Made by a program: the position numbers and the translations under genes
Assembly: GCA_045046875.1 (NCBI GenBank)
Contig: JASFYY010000038.1
Span: 1 to 64,000 of the forward strand
DNA length: 64,000 nucleotides
Origin: Verrucomicrobiota bacterium
Lineage (GTDB): Bacteria > Verrucomicrobiota > Verrucomicrobiia > Verrucomicrobiales > DEV007
Reading direction: 5' to 3'
In this document: piece after piece, positions 11,052 through 22,104 of the stretch
How the letters are laid out: the number at the start of each line of letters is the position of its first letter
How positions within the stretch are numbered: the first letter of the stretch is position 1
The notes under the pieces: generated by a model
Database searches by the model: none
The model's input: the letters and a program-made list of their open reading frames with translations, nothing else
What the model was told of the DNA's origin: nothing

Positions 11052-14000
11052 ATGATTCCTCGTTTTTCCTCCTTTTCCTCGCTCCTCATCATTTGCCTGT
11101 TTTTTACTAGCTCGTCTGGTTATTCTCAAAACAAACCAGCAAATGAAAAGTCCGTCAAATATTTAAAAGCTTTAGAAAAACGCCCCTTCTCCGACCTGCT
11201 CTTCGAGCGGTTTTTCGATTCCTGGCTCGAAGACCACAGCATCGAAGATGGTTTCGCCTACTTCGATACTCAAAGCAAAAAATCTCCTGCTTGCCTAATT
11301 CTGTTAGCAAGACTCTATCAACGTCAAGGGAAACTCGCCCAAGCTACAAGCACCTTTCAATCCTTCACACAAAACAAGAGCAACTCCACCCGACTGAGAA
11401 ACCTGGCCTGGCTGGAACTCGCCCGCATCTCCCACCTCAATCGAGATTACACTGCCGCCCTGAAATTCATCGCCCAAGCACTTGAAAGCCAGAACAAAAG
11501 CGAGTCGAAAAACAACGACCCGAAAACGGCCATCAAACTGAACAAGTGGCACGGTCGTCTACTGCTGAAAACCGGCGACACTCCAGCTGGACTCAAAGTG
11601 TGGCAACAGCTGCTCACCCAATACCCCGAAGACGAGCTCCTACGCGAAGATGTCATCGCCCTATTGCTCAAGGAAGGCGTCTATGACCAAGCGATCAAAG
11701 AACAGCAATCCCTGATTGCTTCCGCCGATGATAATCGAGATGTTCATCACAGCGTATTGCGCAAAATCGAACTCGGCAAAATATACCTCAAAGCCCGACG
11801 ACGCAAAGAAGCTCTCGCTCTCTGGCAAAATACCTTACCTCTCGCAGGGAACGATACCTGGTTGGAACGCGAGTTGATCGCCCTGATCGAACAAGACTTC
11901 CGCCGCTCGAATAACCTGACAGGTTGGCAAACGGCTCTCGACGACATGATCGCTTCCGAACCCAAGCGACTCGCCCTACATATCGCTCGCGCAAAAATCC
12001 TCACCGAACAGCAACAAAAAGACGCCGCTCTGGAAACTTGGAAACACCTCTTGGAACTCACCCCGGGGGATCTCCCCACCCGCTTGCTCTACCTTCAGGC
12101 ATTGATCACGCTCGATCAATTAGAGCCCGCCATTTCCCAACTCACCTCACTAACAAAACAATTCCCCAGCAACGAAGAGCTGCTCTTCCAACTAGCCGGT
12201 TTACAAAACCAAGCTGGTAAAAGCTCCGCTGCGGGAAAAAGCATCGGCGCTTACCTCAAACAATCTGACGGCAGTGAATACGCTCATCTGCGAGCCGCAA
12301 AAAAACTACAGCGCTTCAAGCTGACCAGTGATGCCCAACGGTTATACGAACAAACCATTGCCCGTTTCCCCGATTCAATTTCCGCTCAAGATAGCTTTGC
12401 TCGCTTCCTTTACGAGCATGATCAAAAACAACTCGCCATCAAACAGTGGCGAGCCATCGCCCAATCGGGAGACTTGAACCAACTGCTCTCGGCGATCCGC
12501 CAGTTGATCCACCGCAGCGAAACCCAAGCCGCTTTCGATCTCATGCAGCAACGTCTCGATGAGTTTGACCATCAAAGTATCTTTCTGGAAACTATCAGCC
12601 AGCTTGCACTGGAGCTCGATCATCATCAACAAGCTCTCAGCTGGAGTTTACTCCGCCTGGATTTGAGTTCCGACAGCAAGGATCTGCAACAAGCCATCTC
12701 ATTGACTCTGCGAACCGCCACCCAGGGCAAACTCCTCAAACCTTTAGCCGAAAAACTACAAAAAGAGCAAGCACCCTCTATTCCAAAAACTTGCCTGTTT
12801 GCCGCCACCCGGGAGCGCCTCGGCGATGTGGAATCAGCGATCAAAATTCTCACCGATCTAAGCAACTCCAAAGAGCACAACGAACTGATACTGATCACCC
12901 TAAGCCAAATCTATCAAAGAGAAAAAAACTGGTCCGCTGCTGCTTCGACACTGGAAAGCCTCATTTCCTCTCCCGGAGGGAACAAGCCCAGCCACATCAG
13001 CGACTTGATCCTGCTCTATCAAAAAAACAAAGACATAGAAAAAGCACTGCACTGGACTCGGGAGTGGAAAAATCTAGTGAACGCTTCCCCTTCCCCCTGG
13101 CTGCGCGAAGCCGACCTGCTCACACAGTTAGGAAAAAACGCTGAATCCCTCAAAATTTTACAAAGCGCAGCCCGCCGCTTCGAAGAGAATGATCAAATCC
13201 AACTCAAACTGGCACGCGCCTACACCCAGGCAGGTTACCCTAACGAGGCAGAACACGTTCTGTGGAAACTCTACGAATCCACAGACGACGACTGGAAGCG
13301 ACGCAACACCATCAAAAACATCGTTGAAATAGCTCAAAAAAACAAACACGGTGAACAAGTCGTCGCACGCTTGCAAGAACAGCAACGCAACAATTCCCAA
13401 TCCGTCTCGCCACTACTCGCCCTTGCCGAAGTTTACCGCCTGCTTCACCAAATCCCCCAACAAAGAGACACCCTTACCGCCGCCAACCGCCTAGACCCGA
13501 ATAACATCCAGCTTCTTCATCAAATCGCTAGCGCAGCTCAAAATGACGGACGCATCACTGCCGCCATCGCCAGCCTGGAGAAAGCACTTAAGTTAGACTC
13601 CCAATCTCGCAGTTCAGAAAAATTAGCGCAACTCTATATGAGCATTGGCAGGGTACAAGACGCCCTCGACCTGCTCGATGCCTTGCCCGCTGGGAATAAA
13701 AGCAGTCCCGAACGCTTGATCGAACTCGCTCAAGTCGCGATGGCACTAGGCGAATGGAAGATCGCCGCCCGGTTTTTAAGCTCAAAAATAAACGATCACC
13801 CCGATCACACCCCTCTACTCTATCTGCGCGCAGTCGCCCTGCTGGAAAGCGAGCAGATAGAAGCCGCGCAACAAGCATTGCTAAAATTACTGGTTCGAGA
13901 AATGCCCACCAATACAAACAAGCCGGCAGCAACGCTACAAATCAATGCCTACCAGCAGAGATCACGATCCATCACCTCATCATCGCCACTATTCAAGCCA

Positions 14001-17000
14001 CTCGAGAATTTTAAAAATCTGACGAACGCTTACCAACGAGCCGTTGTTTACCGCAATACCTTTGGAGAAGGGCGGATTTTCGGCCTTCTCCTAGGCAACT
14101 CCCCCTATCAAAGACAACTCCCCATCCCGCTGCCCAGCGATACCACTACACTGCAGGGCATGACCCTACGCCTGCTGCATCGCTTACAAAACAATCTACA
14201 AGATCCCGCGCAGGCAGATCTCATTGACAAAAAGATAGCAAGCAGTGAAGTGGCTGCCTTTTATAACGATTTTTTGAAATTCTCTACCCCCTACCTCTCG
14301 CAACCACACTCCCTAAATACTCCAGCCTATCTTAATCAAGTCAGATCCTTCCTAATCGAACATCAAAACCGGCCCGAAGCCGCCCTCATTTGGGTTCAGC
14401 TACTCTCTGATAAAAATCTTTATGATGCAAAAAGTGCTTCCATATTTCTTAGCTCAATCCGACAGCACTATGGAGCTCAAGCGCATGCTCTCGCTTTACT
14501 CAAACTACAAAACCTGGGTCTGTCTGATGACTATTCTGCCGAACTCAGCGAAGCGCTCGCTGCCGTCAAAGAGCCAGACTACTACCTATTCGCATCGGCG
14601 TCCTATCAACTCATCCGCTTGGCAAATCTCCCCACTGATAAATACCCTGAAGACTTGAGTGACAACCTTCTCAAGCTTTTGAAAAAAACACCTGCCACTG
14701 GCCCCCTGAATCCACAACTATTGACACTTCGTGCCCAAGCTTACGCCGCTGCAGGTGACCTCGACGCTTGGATCAAATTACTGAAAACAGAAAGGGGTAA
14801 CTCCCTCGCTCAAAAAAATGCCGTCCCGCCAACAGCTCAACTAAACAACATCGGGAGATCCACAAAGCGCCCCATTCCATTCGGTTCCCCACCAGCTGAA
14901 CACCTGATTCGCGCTCTAAACGGATTCTCCCCATTACTCTCCCACTACCTCATCGACTTGACTTCGCGCCCTAATGCGCTCACAAAAAATACCTCGACCT
15001 GGATTAGAGAATTCTCCAGCGACCCCATTCTATCCGCCTTACTTACCAGAGCAAGTAGCTCTCCCGAACTGATCTCTTCATCCCTGGAAAGCTTGAAAGA
15101 AATCCAACCGCAAGATAAACCCAATCACCTCAACGCGTCTCTACTGATCGCCTTGCACCAGATCGAAAGCAATCAAACCACCAAAGCCGTTAGCAGCCTC
15201 GAAACCATCGGAGAAATTTCCAATACGCCCTCGCTCAATAAAAAAATCGACCTGCTGCTCGTCCAACTTGCCAATGACGGCACGAATGGCTCTAACGACA
15301 CCACCCTGCGCAAAAGCGGCATCGCCGCCGCACTGAGACTGCGAAGCTCCCCCCTGATCGACTCACGCAACGAATGGCCGCAAATCGCTCGCATCCTCAT
15401 CTCTTGGAAAATAGCAGATAAAGCCCAACGCCCCAGCAGCTTGATCGCAAATCACCTACCCGCTTATCAAAGAAACACCCTCCGCCATGCCACACCGCCA
15501 CCAGCACTGCTTTCGGCCAGCCCGAATTTCAATTCTTTCACCACCCAGTTCAACCGCATCCAAAAAATCAACCCCTCCCCAGATGCTCTCGTTCGTCTAG
15601 CTGCACACCAACTCCCCATCTTCGCCAGCGGCCTGCTGAACTTCCAGGGAGAAAACAGAAAACGCCAAATACAACCCATCCGCCAACAACTCGAGCAAAA
15701 AAAACTCATCAGCCGTGTGCTCGACTTAGCTCGCCCCGAAGAAAACGCACCGCTGCTACAACGTGCCCGCTTCGCTGCCCTAAGCGATGCTCTTGGGGAA
15801 AGTGCTAGTGCTGTCCAGCTCTACTCTCAACTGCTCGAAGAGCTCCCCGCCCACCAAGCCCTGCGCTTACGACAATTTCAATTATTAGCTGAATCGGAAC
15901 CAGACAAAGCTCGCACCCAACTGCGCCTGCTCGCTCAAGACAAGGACATCCTTCCTCATTTAGGCACCGCCCTGCAAGCTCTAGCACGACTGCCTTATAA
16001 CAACATGGAAAAACGGCTCGACGTTGCCGAATGGTTATTAACTACTTTTGATCAACTCTCCAAGGTTGATGCCAACACTCCCATCGTAATCGCCGACCCC
16101 TTTGCCGTTCCTGGAGAATACCGCTGGAGCACCCAGTTGGTACAATCGCTCACCCAAGCCTACCGCGACGGCGAAATCAACTACCCCTCCCTCGCAGGTC
16201 AAGGCAGAGATCCTTTTAATTACGACCCTTTTAGCAAAGAGAAAAAGAATCTGCCAAAAAAACCCGCGCATCTGCTGCACTACCTCAGCTCCAATCACAA
16301 GCGCATCGATCTTTTACAAAAACTCCTGATCAAACAAATCGAAACAGGAATTCAAACCGAACAAGCTTTCTCCTCCTTAGTTCGATTGAATGCGCAGACC
16401 CAAAATCCTGACTCTGAACTGCTACCCTATTGCCAAAAATCCCTGCTCCACAAAAGTAATATCTACCGCCTACTAGGCAACGTGAAAGCCCCTGACAAAG
16501 AACTTAAGCAGGGTAGACTCAGCTGGAAAAATCCTAATCAACCCGTACCCCTGTATAGCGCCCAAACGCCTCTGCTGTGGATCATCGAATACGCCTTTCA
16601 CCACCAGCAACCTGAGCTTCTGGAAATCCCCCGCCTGCTTGCAGGCTCGCCACAAACAGAGGCAAAAGCTCAAATCGAGTTCGTTATCAAGACACTCACC
16701 CCCTTGTATTTTTGCCCTGATGAACAATTCAACCAACTCGCAGAGCAGCTGCTCGCCAAAAAAGCAAATACCCCAAAGCTACGCGACCCATCCGTAGTTC
16801 AGCTAAATAAAAATATCATCAATGCCGTCATTCTACGCGCTCTCGCTTTGCGCCCCGAAGTTGAAAAAAACTTCCCTTGGCAAGACTTCATCATTGCTCG
16901 CCTCGGCGAACTGGAGAACGCCTACACCTACCAAAAGTGGGCGATCCAATACTGTCGTGCGCTGGCTCTAAGCCAAGATCATGATGCCCTAGCCGAATTT

Positions 17001-20000
17001 ATTGAAAAAATATCGCTACGCCTGGTTGGAGCCAAAAACCAACAAGAAAAAATCCTTTCCACCTATCTTCAATTCCACCAACAGGGACGCCGGTCGTCCG
17101 ACCCAAGCCAACAACGCTTGCAATACTTTGTCACCCTGCTGGCATCCCTCACCGCCTTCCCCGAAACCGGATTCTACGCGCTGGAAACCGCGCAACACTA
17201 CGGCATACATAACAATCAACATTTTATACAATCCGCTCAAATCTCGCGAGGCATGGAAGTCAACGATTCGACAAGCCTTATCGCCTTATTTAACAACTCT
17301 TACCTCACTCGTGATTTAGCCAGCTACGACACCTTCCCCAAATCTAAATTCCCCAAACTTTTTACCGCCAAAAGCAAATCCAGCTCCATCATCAGCGAAA
17401 CCCTGACGCGGGTGAAACATCATTGGCACAACAAAAACAGCATACGTCAGTCCCTACTCCATCAAAAAAATGATCTCAAAACCTTCGGTGAAAAAATCTT
17501 AGCAGCCATGCTAGCAGACAATCCTGATTTGCAATGCCTCAGTGCCTTCCAAGAACACCTCGAACCAATCAAACAACTGCCCATTGCCAGGCAAAAAGAA
17601 TTCGCTTCACTCGCATTCGATCTCATTGATCTGAGTAAAACCAGTGGCGAGACCTCACGGCACCTAAGTCAAAGCGTTTTGTGGTTGCAGCATATCTCCG
17701 GCAAGGGCCCGCTCGCTGAATTGGACAGAATCATCGCCGCCCAGTCCATCTCCGACTTAGATATTAAGGGCAGTAGCTTCCTTAACAAAATGTCTGAAAT
17801 CATCTCCCAATCAATCCACTTTGATTGGGATAAAGCCTACTCTGCTTTTGAAAATGCTGCCCTTCTTGGAGAAAAAGCCGTGCAAGAAGGTGAGATTCGT
17901 AAATCCAGCACTTCATTCACTGATCGACTACTAAAAGCCTGCACCTCAAAACTTAGCTTGGTGGAAGATTTTCGTTTTGTGCAACAAGCCACGCAATCGA
18001 AACGTTTGCCGAGTGTCTTCATCACTGCTGATTTTCGCCGCACCCTGAGTCGAGAGATGCGTAGCATTCAAAGTATTGACAAAAAAATCCAGTTTTTTGC
18101 CCAAGCTATGAAAAAACTGCAATCGGAAGTCAATACCCCTTCTGCACAAAATCATGCTTTCATCGCCCTGTATGACCTCTTCATTCAGCACCCCAAAGAT
18201 TTTAAAAAGAAACTACAGCAATGGGCACGCGACACCCCCTTGCAAAACGAGCTCTCTGAGCAGATCGAACTTGCTCTATTAATTGACCACCACTCGCCTG
18301 TGCAAGAAACACTGAATCCTCAGCAATTCCAACTTTTGCTCAAGCACTTGGAAGAAAAATCTTCCCCAACTTCGATACGCCTATTGGTATCTGCTAAACT
18401 AATTACCGCTCTATACAAACCAACGATTCCCGATAAAATCATCGTAATCGGCGCAGCTAATTTGGCGGCATCATTTGCAGAAGACGGACCTAACATCAGC
18501 GATAAACAGTTCAATCCCATTCTTGATGTATTCAGCAAATATGTCTCTATGTTGCCAGAATCTGAAAAACCCGTAGAGCTACTCAAGCGCCTTGCCACTG
18601 CTTACAGCAGCACCTGCTTGTCAAATCCGCCCCATGCCTCTCGTATCAGCGAACCCAATTATCCTTCCGACTATATCGCGCCCCTGCTAACCGTATTACT
18701 ACAAGCTGACAAGTTAAACGACGCGCAATCATTACTTAAGAAAATGACAAGTGATAACTTTCACCCTAGCCAACCATTTGTCATTCTAGTGAGGGAAGGA
18801 GCATTCGACTTGGCGGGCGACCTTCTTGATCAACAGTGGGAAAAATTTCTCCCCTATTATCCCAACGAGTATTTTGACAAAAAACTCAGCAAGCAATTCC
18901 TACCATTCCTCGACAGCATCTCGTCCCGTCCTGAATGGATGAAATGGATCGCCAAAACCACTCTATTAAGACTTCGCTCTGCCTTCCCCAACGAAAGGGA
19001 TAAATTTATTCCTGAAGCTGCGATTACCTGGGCAAAACAATCAGAGCGCCAAGCTATCATACGAGATTCCCTGAAAGCTGCCGATTTCACCAATAAAAAA
19101 ACCCTGCAACAGGCCTATTTTGCGATCAAACCTTTCACACCTATTATCCCAGACGACATCAAAAAGGATCTTCAAGAAATCAATCGTGATCAAAGCCCAT
19201 CCAGCATTGCTGCCATCAAGGATTATAAAGAAAAGAAACATGCTGAACGACTTTTCTACGAGTTGCTAGCTATCGATGTGGCTGATGGAAAATCTGAGCA
19301 ATGGAAGAGCATTCTCCTTGCCGAGGTCAAAAAGGATACGGAAAAAAAACGTATTACTCAAACCTTGCAGAATCTACTCTCCTGCTTAGCCTCAGCTAGC
19401 AAACTTGAATTGGCTGAACTTGAGAAAACCGAGAAGCAGATTGAAGAAACCCTGCGTTTATGGAGTGCACTTAGCAAGGAGATTCCAGCTCCTCGGGCAC
19501 TAGAGTCAAAGAACATTGCCCTTTTGATCTACCCCGTGCTGCTTGTATCTAAACTCGAAAATACGCAAAATCGCCTTGAACAATACTTCTCAACTCTGCC
19601 AGAAACATTATTAACTACTTTCTCCAAGGATCTTGAAACCCAATCCTTCAAACTTAGGCGAAATCTAAATCAACTGCCTCTAACTCGCCCCATCACAGCC
19701 CAAGCAAAAAAAGGTCCCCCTCAAAATTTTCGTAATCTCTCCTATTTTACACAATTCACCAACCCCGCCCTAAGTCGCGCGCTCATTGCCGGCTTCACCA
19801 AAATTTCATCCTACAAAGAAATAGCCCCCAAGCGCAAAGACTTCATCGAGAAAATCGCCAATAAAATGAACACTGCATCCAGCACCCAGATGGCGCGCAT
19901 CATCTTCGATCATGCCTGCAAGCTCATCGACGAAGAAGTGACTGCTGGAAATCGAGAGTGGTTTGACAATGATGACAACGGCTGGATTTACTCCTCCGTA

Positions 20001-21923
20001 TTTTTTCACGAACACTGCAAAAAGGCGTCCACTCACCATCCAAATAATACTATCAGATTACCATCGAAATCGAAATCTCATTATTCTGGCAAGGGTGCCA
20101 CCAACTGGCTCCCCATCGCTCTATTATGCGATATCCTGTGGAACGATCCACCGGCAAGCTTCTCCTTTACCTGGTCCAACATCTATCGATTGGATGAATT
20201 TTTCTCACATCATTGGAAACTCAGCAACCACGGTGAATTTCCTGATTTACCGCTCAACCTGATTTTTTCAGAACTGCGCAAATCCCTCCCTGCAGATCAA
20301 AAGAACTGGGGTGAAACCAGCCTATTCCTCCCTATTTTCTACGAAACTTTCCGCGCCATTCGCGATCCTGAACAAGTGGTCATCGCAATCAAAGTCGCCG
20401 ACCAACTCGCTGACAAGGAAGTGCTCGCTCGCGAGTTCTCCATGGCAGGCCGCCTATGGCTAGCCTCCTACCTACATCTCCCTGAAGCCGCAAAAGATCT
20501 AGCCCATCCTAATGCCTGGATCGATCGAGCCAACGAAGCTTTCGACTCAGAATCTCTCTCTCCCAATCTCCGCGCCAGCCTCGCCCGTCACTTCCTCTAC
20601 CGCGCCGGCGATAACTGTCCCGAGAAACTACAGCGTCGGCTCATCACGGAAGTCACTGCCCTGATCATGAACGACGCCCCTCTTAACGGATGGGAACTCT
20701 CCTTGGTGAGCAATACCCTCTTGCGTATGCCGCGCGACAATGACTGGTGGCAGGGAGCCACTGAAAACTTTATTACAGCTTGGAATCACAAAAGCCGCTT
20801 TGACGGATTAAAAAAACCAGAAAAAATCCCCTTTCAACCCAACTTGGAACCCGTATTGACCATGCTTGCCCTGCAACTTGAATCTGGGCATACCGAAGAA
20901 GCTAATAAATTGATCAAACACTATGAACACACTTTGCAGAGTAGCACCCCTGCCATTGCACTACTGATCCTGCATCAACAGCACAAACTAGCCTTGCGCT
21001 GGGTGAACGATCAGATCAATCAACTCAACCCTTTGGATATACGTCCTGTCGGCGGAGCTTTTTCCCTCTACTACACGGAAAAACTCGACAGTGAATTGCA
21101 GCGATTTTTACCCCTGATCAAAAACCCCGATCAGCGTATCCTACTAGGTGCTATGATCACCGCCGCACCGCTCGATCCTTTCTCAATAAACCAAGTCCAA
21201 TATGATTTAAGATCAAAGCGCATTGTCAGCCTGGCAAAGGAATTTCTCGCCCTCCCTGCTAGCACCAGCAAACATTCTCAAACAATTCAGCAATATTTGA
21301 GTCGTCACCACCAAGCTGGAAAAATAATGAATGCGCAGCTCGCCAAAAATTTCCAAAGCGCATCGATTGAAAAAATCCCCTCCCTGACCTCCAAGACAAC
21401 GGTCATCTATCCCGTCATCCAACCCCTTGCGGCTTATGTCACCACCCAGGCACTGCAAGGCGACAGCTCCCCCCTACGCGAGTTGATGACTCGTCTGTCC
21501 AGCGCTAGTGGTCAAGGCTCAAGATGGCCTTACAAAGTATCCGTTGAACAAATCGCCGCCACTTTGTTTCGTGCGCTGCGAAACGATCTGCGTAATATGA
21601 CTCCCCAACAAATCAAATGGGCAAAAGAAGCCAGTCAGACCTTTTTTGAAACACTCGAAGGTGACGTGGCTTACAATCAGCTCATCTATCTATCACACAG
21701 CCATATCGTTTTGAATGCCCTCACCACTAAAAAGCCACTTCCACTTCAATGGTCTGCGAAACTATCAAACAAACGAAAGCAGCACTTCGAAAAAATATCG
21801 CGCAGTAAATATGTCAGCCCGTCCTACACCATCCTCGACCAACTTCTGCCCGCTTCCCATCCAAAATTCAAACTCGCCAAGCAAGCTCTGGAATACCATG
21901 TTTGGCTCTCTCCAGAAGAATAA
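11052..21923 (+). CDS. Giant exported tetratricopeptide-repeat protein, 3623 aa, paralog of the upstream gene
   Basis: Signal peptide. Motifs collinear with 2045-10915: LFERFFDSWL/LFDRFFNAWL, AGNDTWLERE/AGRDTWLEKE, SEYAHLRAA/SEYAYLRAA, AAALRLR. Confidence 0.85.
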   Translation: MIPRFSSFSSLLIICLFFTSSSGYSQNKPANEKSVKYLKALEKRPFSDLLFERFFDSWLEDHSIEDGFAYFDTQSKKSPACLILLARLYQRQGKLAQATSTFQSFTQNKSNSTRLRNLAWLELARISHLNRDYTAALKFIAQALESQNKSESKNNDPKTAIKLNKWHGRLLLKTGDTPAGLKVWQQLLTQYPEDELLREDVIALLLKEGVYDQAIKEQQSLIASADDNRDVHHSVLRKIELGKIYLKARRRKEALALWQNTLPLAGNDTWLERELIALIEQDFRRSNNLTGWQTALDDMIASEPKRLALHIARAKILTEQQQKDAALETWKHLLELTPGDLPTRLLYLQALITLDQLEPAISQLTSLTKQFPSNEELLFQLAGLQNQAGKSSAAGKSIGAYLKQSDGSEYAHLRAAKKLQRFKLTSDAQRLYEQTIARFPDSISAQDSFARFLYEHDQKQLAIKQWRAIAQSGDLNQLLSAIRQLIHRSETQAAFDLMQQRLDEFDHQSIFLETISQLALELDHHQQALSWSLLRLDLSSDSKDLQQAISLTLRTATQGKLLKPLAEKLQKEQAPSIPKTCLFAATRERLGDVESAIKILTDLSNSKEHNELILITLSQIYQREKNWSAAASTLESLISSPGGNKPSHISDLILLYQKNKDIEKALHWTREWKNLVNASPSPWLREADLLTQLGKNAESLKILQSAARRFEENDQIQLKLARAYTQAGYPNEAEHVLWKLYESTDDDWKRRNTIKNIVEIAQKNKHGEQVVARLQEQQRNNSQSVSPLLALAEVYRLLHQIPQQRDTLTAANRLDPNNIQLLHQIASAAQNDGRITAAIASLEKALKLDSQSRSSEKLAQLYMSIGRVQDALDLLDALPAGNKSSPERLIELAQVAMALGEWKIAARFLSSKINDHPDHTPLLYLRAVALLESEQIEAAQQALLKLLVREMPTNTNKPAATLQINAYQQRSRSITSSSPLFKPLENFKNLTNAYQRAVVYRNTFGEGRIFGLLLGNSPYQRQLPIPLPSDTTTLQGMTLRLLHRLQNNLQDPAQADLIDKKIASSEVAAFYNDFLKFSTPYLSQPHSLNTPAYLNQVRSFLIEHQNRPEAALIWVQLLSDKNLYDAKSASIFLSSIRQHYGAQAHALALLKLQNLGLSDDYSAELSEALAAVKEPDYYLFASASYQLIRLANLPTDKYPEDLSDNLLKLLKKTPATGPLNPQLLTLRAQAYAAAGDLDAWIKLLKTERGNSLAQKNAVPPTAQLNNIGRSTKRPIPFGSPPAEHLIRALNGFSPLLSHYLIDLTSRPNALTKNTSTWIREFSSDPILSALLTRASSSPELISSSLESLKEIQPQDKPNHLNASLLIALHQIESNQTTKAVSSLETIGEISNTPSLNKKIDLLLVQLANDGTNGSNDTTLRKSGIAAALRLRSSPLIDSRNEWPQIARILISWKIADKAQRPSSLIANHLPAYQRNTLRHATPPPALLSASPNFNSFTTQFNRIQKINPSPDALVRLAAHQLPIFASGLLNFQGENRKRQIQPIRQQLEQKKLISRVLDLARPEENAPLLQRARFAALSDALGESASAVQLYSQLLEELPAHQALRLRQFQLLAESEPDKARTQLRLLAQDKDILPHLGTALQALARLPYNNMEKRLDVAEWLLTTFDQLSKVDANTPIVIADPFAVPGEYRWSTQLVQSLTQAYRDGEINYPSLAGQGRDPFNYDPFSKEKKNLPKKPAHLLHYLSSNHKRIDLLQKLLIKQIETGIQTEQAFSSLVRLNAQTQNPDSELLPYCQKSLLHKSNIYRLLGNVKAPDKELKQGRLSWKNPNQPVPLYSAQTPLLWIIEYAFHHQQPELLEIPRLLAGSPQTEAKAQIEFVIKTLTPLYFCPDEQFNQLAEQLLAKKANTPKLRDPSVVQLNKNIINAVILRALALRPEVEKNFPWQDFIIARLGELENAYTYQKWAIQYCRALALSQDHDALAEFIEKISLRLVGAKNQQEKILSTYLQFHQQGRRSSDPSQQRLQYFVTLLASLTAFPETGFYALETAQHYGIHNNQHFIQSAQISRGMEVNDSTSLIALFNNSYLTRDLASYDTFPKSKFPKLFTAKSKSSSIISETLTRVKHHWHNKNSIRQSLLHQKNDLKTFGEKILAAMLADNPDLQCLSAFQEHLEPIKQLPIARQKEFASLAFDLIDLSKTSGETSRHLSQSVLWLQHISGKGPLAELDRIIAAQSISDLDIKGSSFLNKMSEIISQSIHFDWDKAYSAFENAALLGEKAVQEGEIRKSSTSFTDRLLKACTSKLSLVEDFRFVQQATQSKRLPSVFITADFRRTLSREMRSIQSIDKKIQFFAQAMKKLQSEVNTPSAQNHAFIALYDLFIQHPKDFKKKLQQWARDTPLQNELSEQIELALLIDHHSPVQETLNPQQFQLLLKHLEEKSSPTSIRLLVSAKLITALYKPTIPDKIIVIGAANLAASFAEDGPNISDKQFNPILDVFSKYVSMLPESEKPVELLKRLATAYSSTCLSNPPHASRISEPNYPSDYIAPLLTVLLQADKLNDAQSLLKKMTSDNFHPSQPFVILVREGAFDLAGDLLDQQWEKFLPYYPNEYFDKKLSKQFLPFLDSISSRPEWMKWIAKTTLLRLRSAFPNERDKFIPEAAITWAKQSERQAIIRDSLKAADFTNKKTLQQAYFAIKPFTPIIPDDIKKDLQEINRDQSPSSIAAIKDYKEKKHAERLFYELLAIDVADGKSEQWKSILLAEVKKDTEKKRITQTLQNLLSCLASASKLELAELEKTEKQIEETLRLWSALSKEIPAPRALESKNIALLIYPVLLVSKLENTQNRLEQYFSTLPETLLTTFSKDLETQSFKLRRNLNQLPLTRPITAQAKKGPPQNFRNLSYFTQFTNPALSRALIAGFTKISSYKEIAPKRKDFIEKIANKMNTASSTQMARIIFDHACKLIDEEVTAGNREWFDNDDNGWIYSSVFFHEHCKKASTHHPNNTIRLPSKSKSHYSGKGATNWLPIALLCDILWNDPPASFSFTWSNIYRLDEFFSHHWKLSNHGEFPDLPLNLIFSELRKSLPADQKNWGETSLFLPIFYETFRAIRDPEQVVIAIKVADQLADKEVLAREFSMAGRLWLASYLHLPEAAKDLAHPNAWIDRANEAFDSESLSPNLRASLARHFLYRAGDNCPEKLQRRLITEVTALIMNDAPLNGWELSLVSNTLLRMPRDNDWWQGATENFITAWNHKSRFDGLKKPEKIPFQPNLEPVLTMLALQLESGHTEEANKLIKHYEHTLQSSTPAIALLILHQQHKLALRWVNDQINQLNPLDIRPVGGAFSLYYTEKLDSELQRFLPLIKNPDQRILLGAMITAAPLDPFSINQVQYDLRSKRIVSLAKEFLALPASTSKHSQTIQQYLSRHHQAGKIMNAQLAKNFQSASIEKIPSLTSKTTVIYPVIQPLAAYVTTQALQGDSSPLRELMTRLSSASGQGSRWPYKVSVEQIAATLFRALRNDLRNMTPQQIKWAKEASQTFFETLEGDVAYNQLIYLSHSHIVLNALTTKKPLPLQWSAKLSNKRKQHFEKISRSKYVSPSYTILDQLLPASHPKFKLAKQALEYHVWLSPEE

Positions 21924-22104
21924 TTCTATTGATTACAATAGACGAATCCCGTCGCAACTTGACCTGCACAATTTATAACTGAACATCTGAAACCCAAACT
22001 CTCACCCGCGCCAATCCGAGAAATCCGCGGTAATAATCTCCGGATATCTGTAATTCGTTCCGGTTCATTTCAAGCGACTGCGACAGCTTCACCCCCTCCC
22101 CCCC

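Noticed and set aside
2045..21923. NRPS/PKS, RTX, RHS or contact-dependent toxin identity for the giant ORFs
   Set aside because: No adenylation, KS, PP-binding, GGxGxD, YD or hemagglutinin motifs were seen; the sequences look alpha-helical throughout.
2045..21923. Diversity-generating retroelement target
   Set aside because: No reverse transcriptase and no adenine-variant template/variable repeat pair were noticed.
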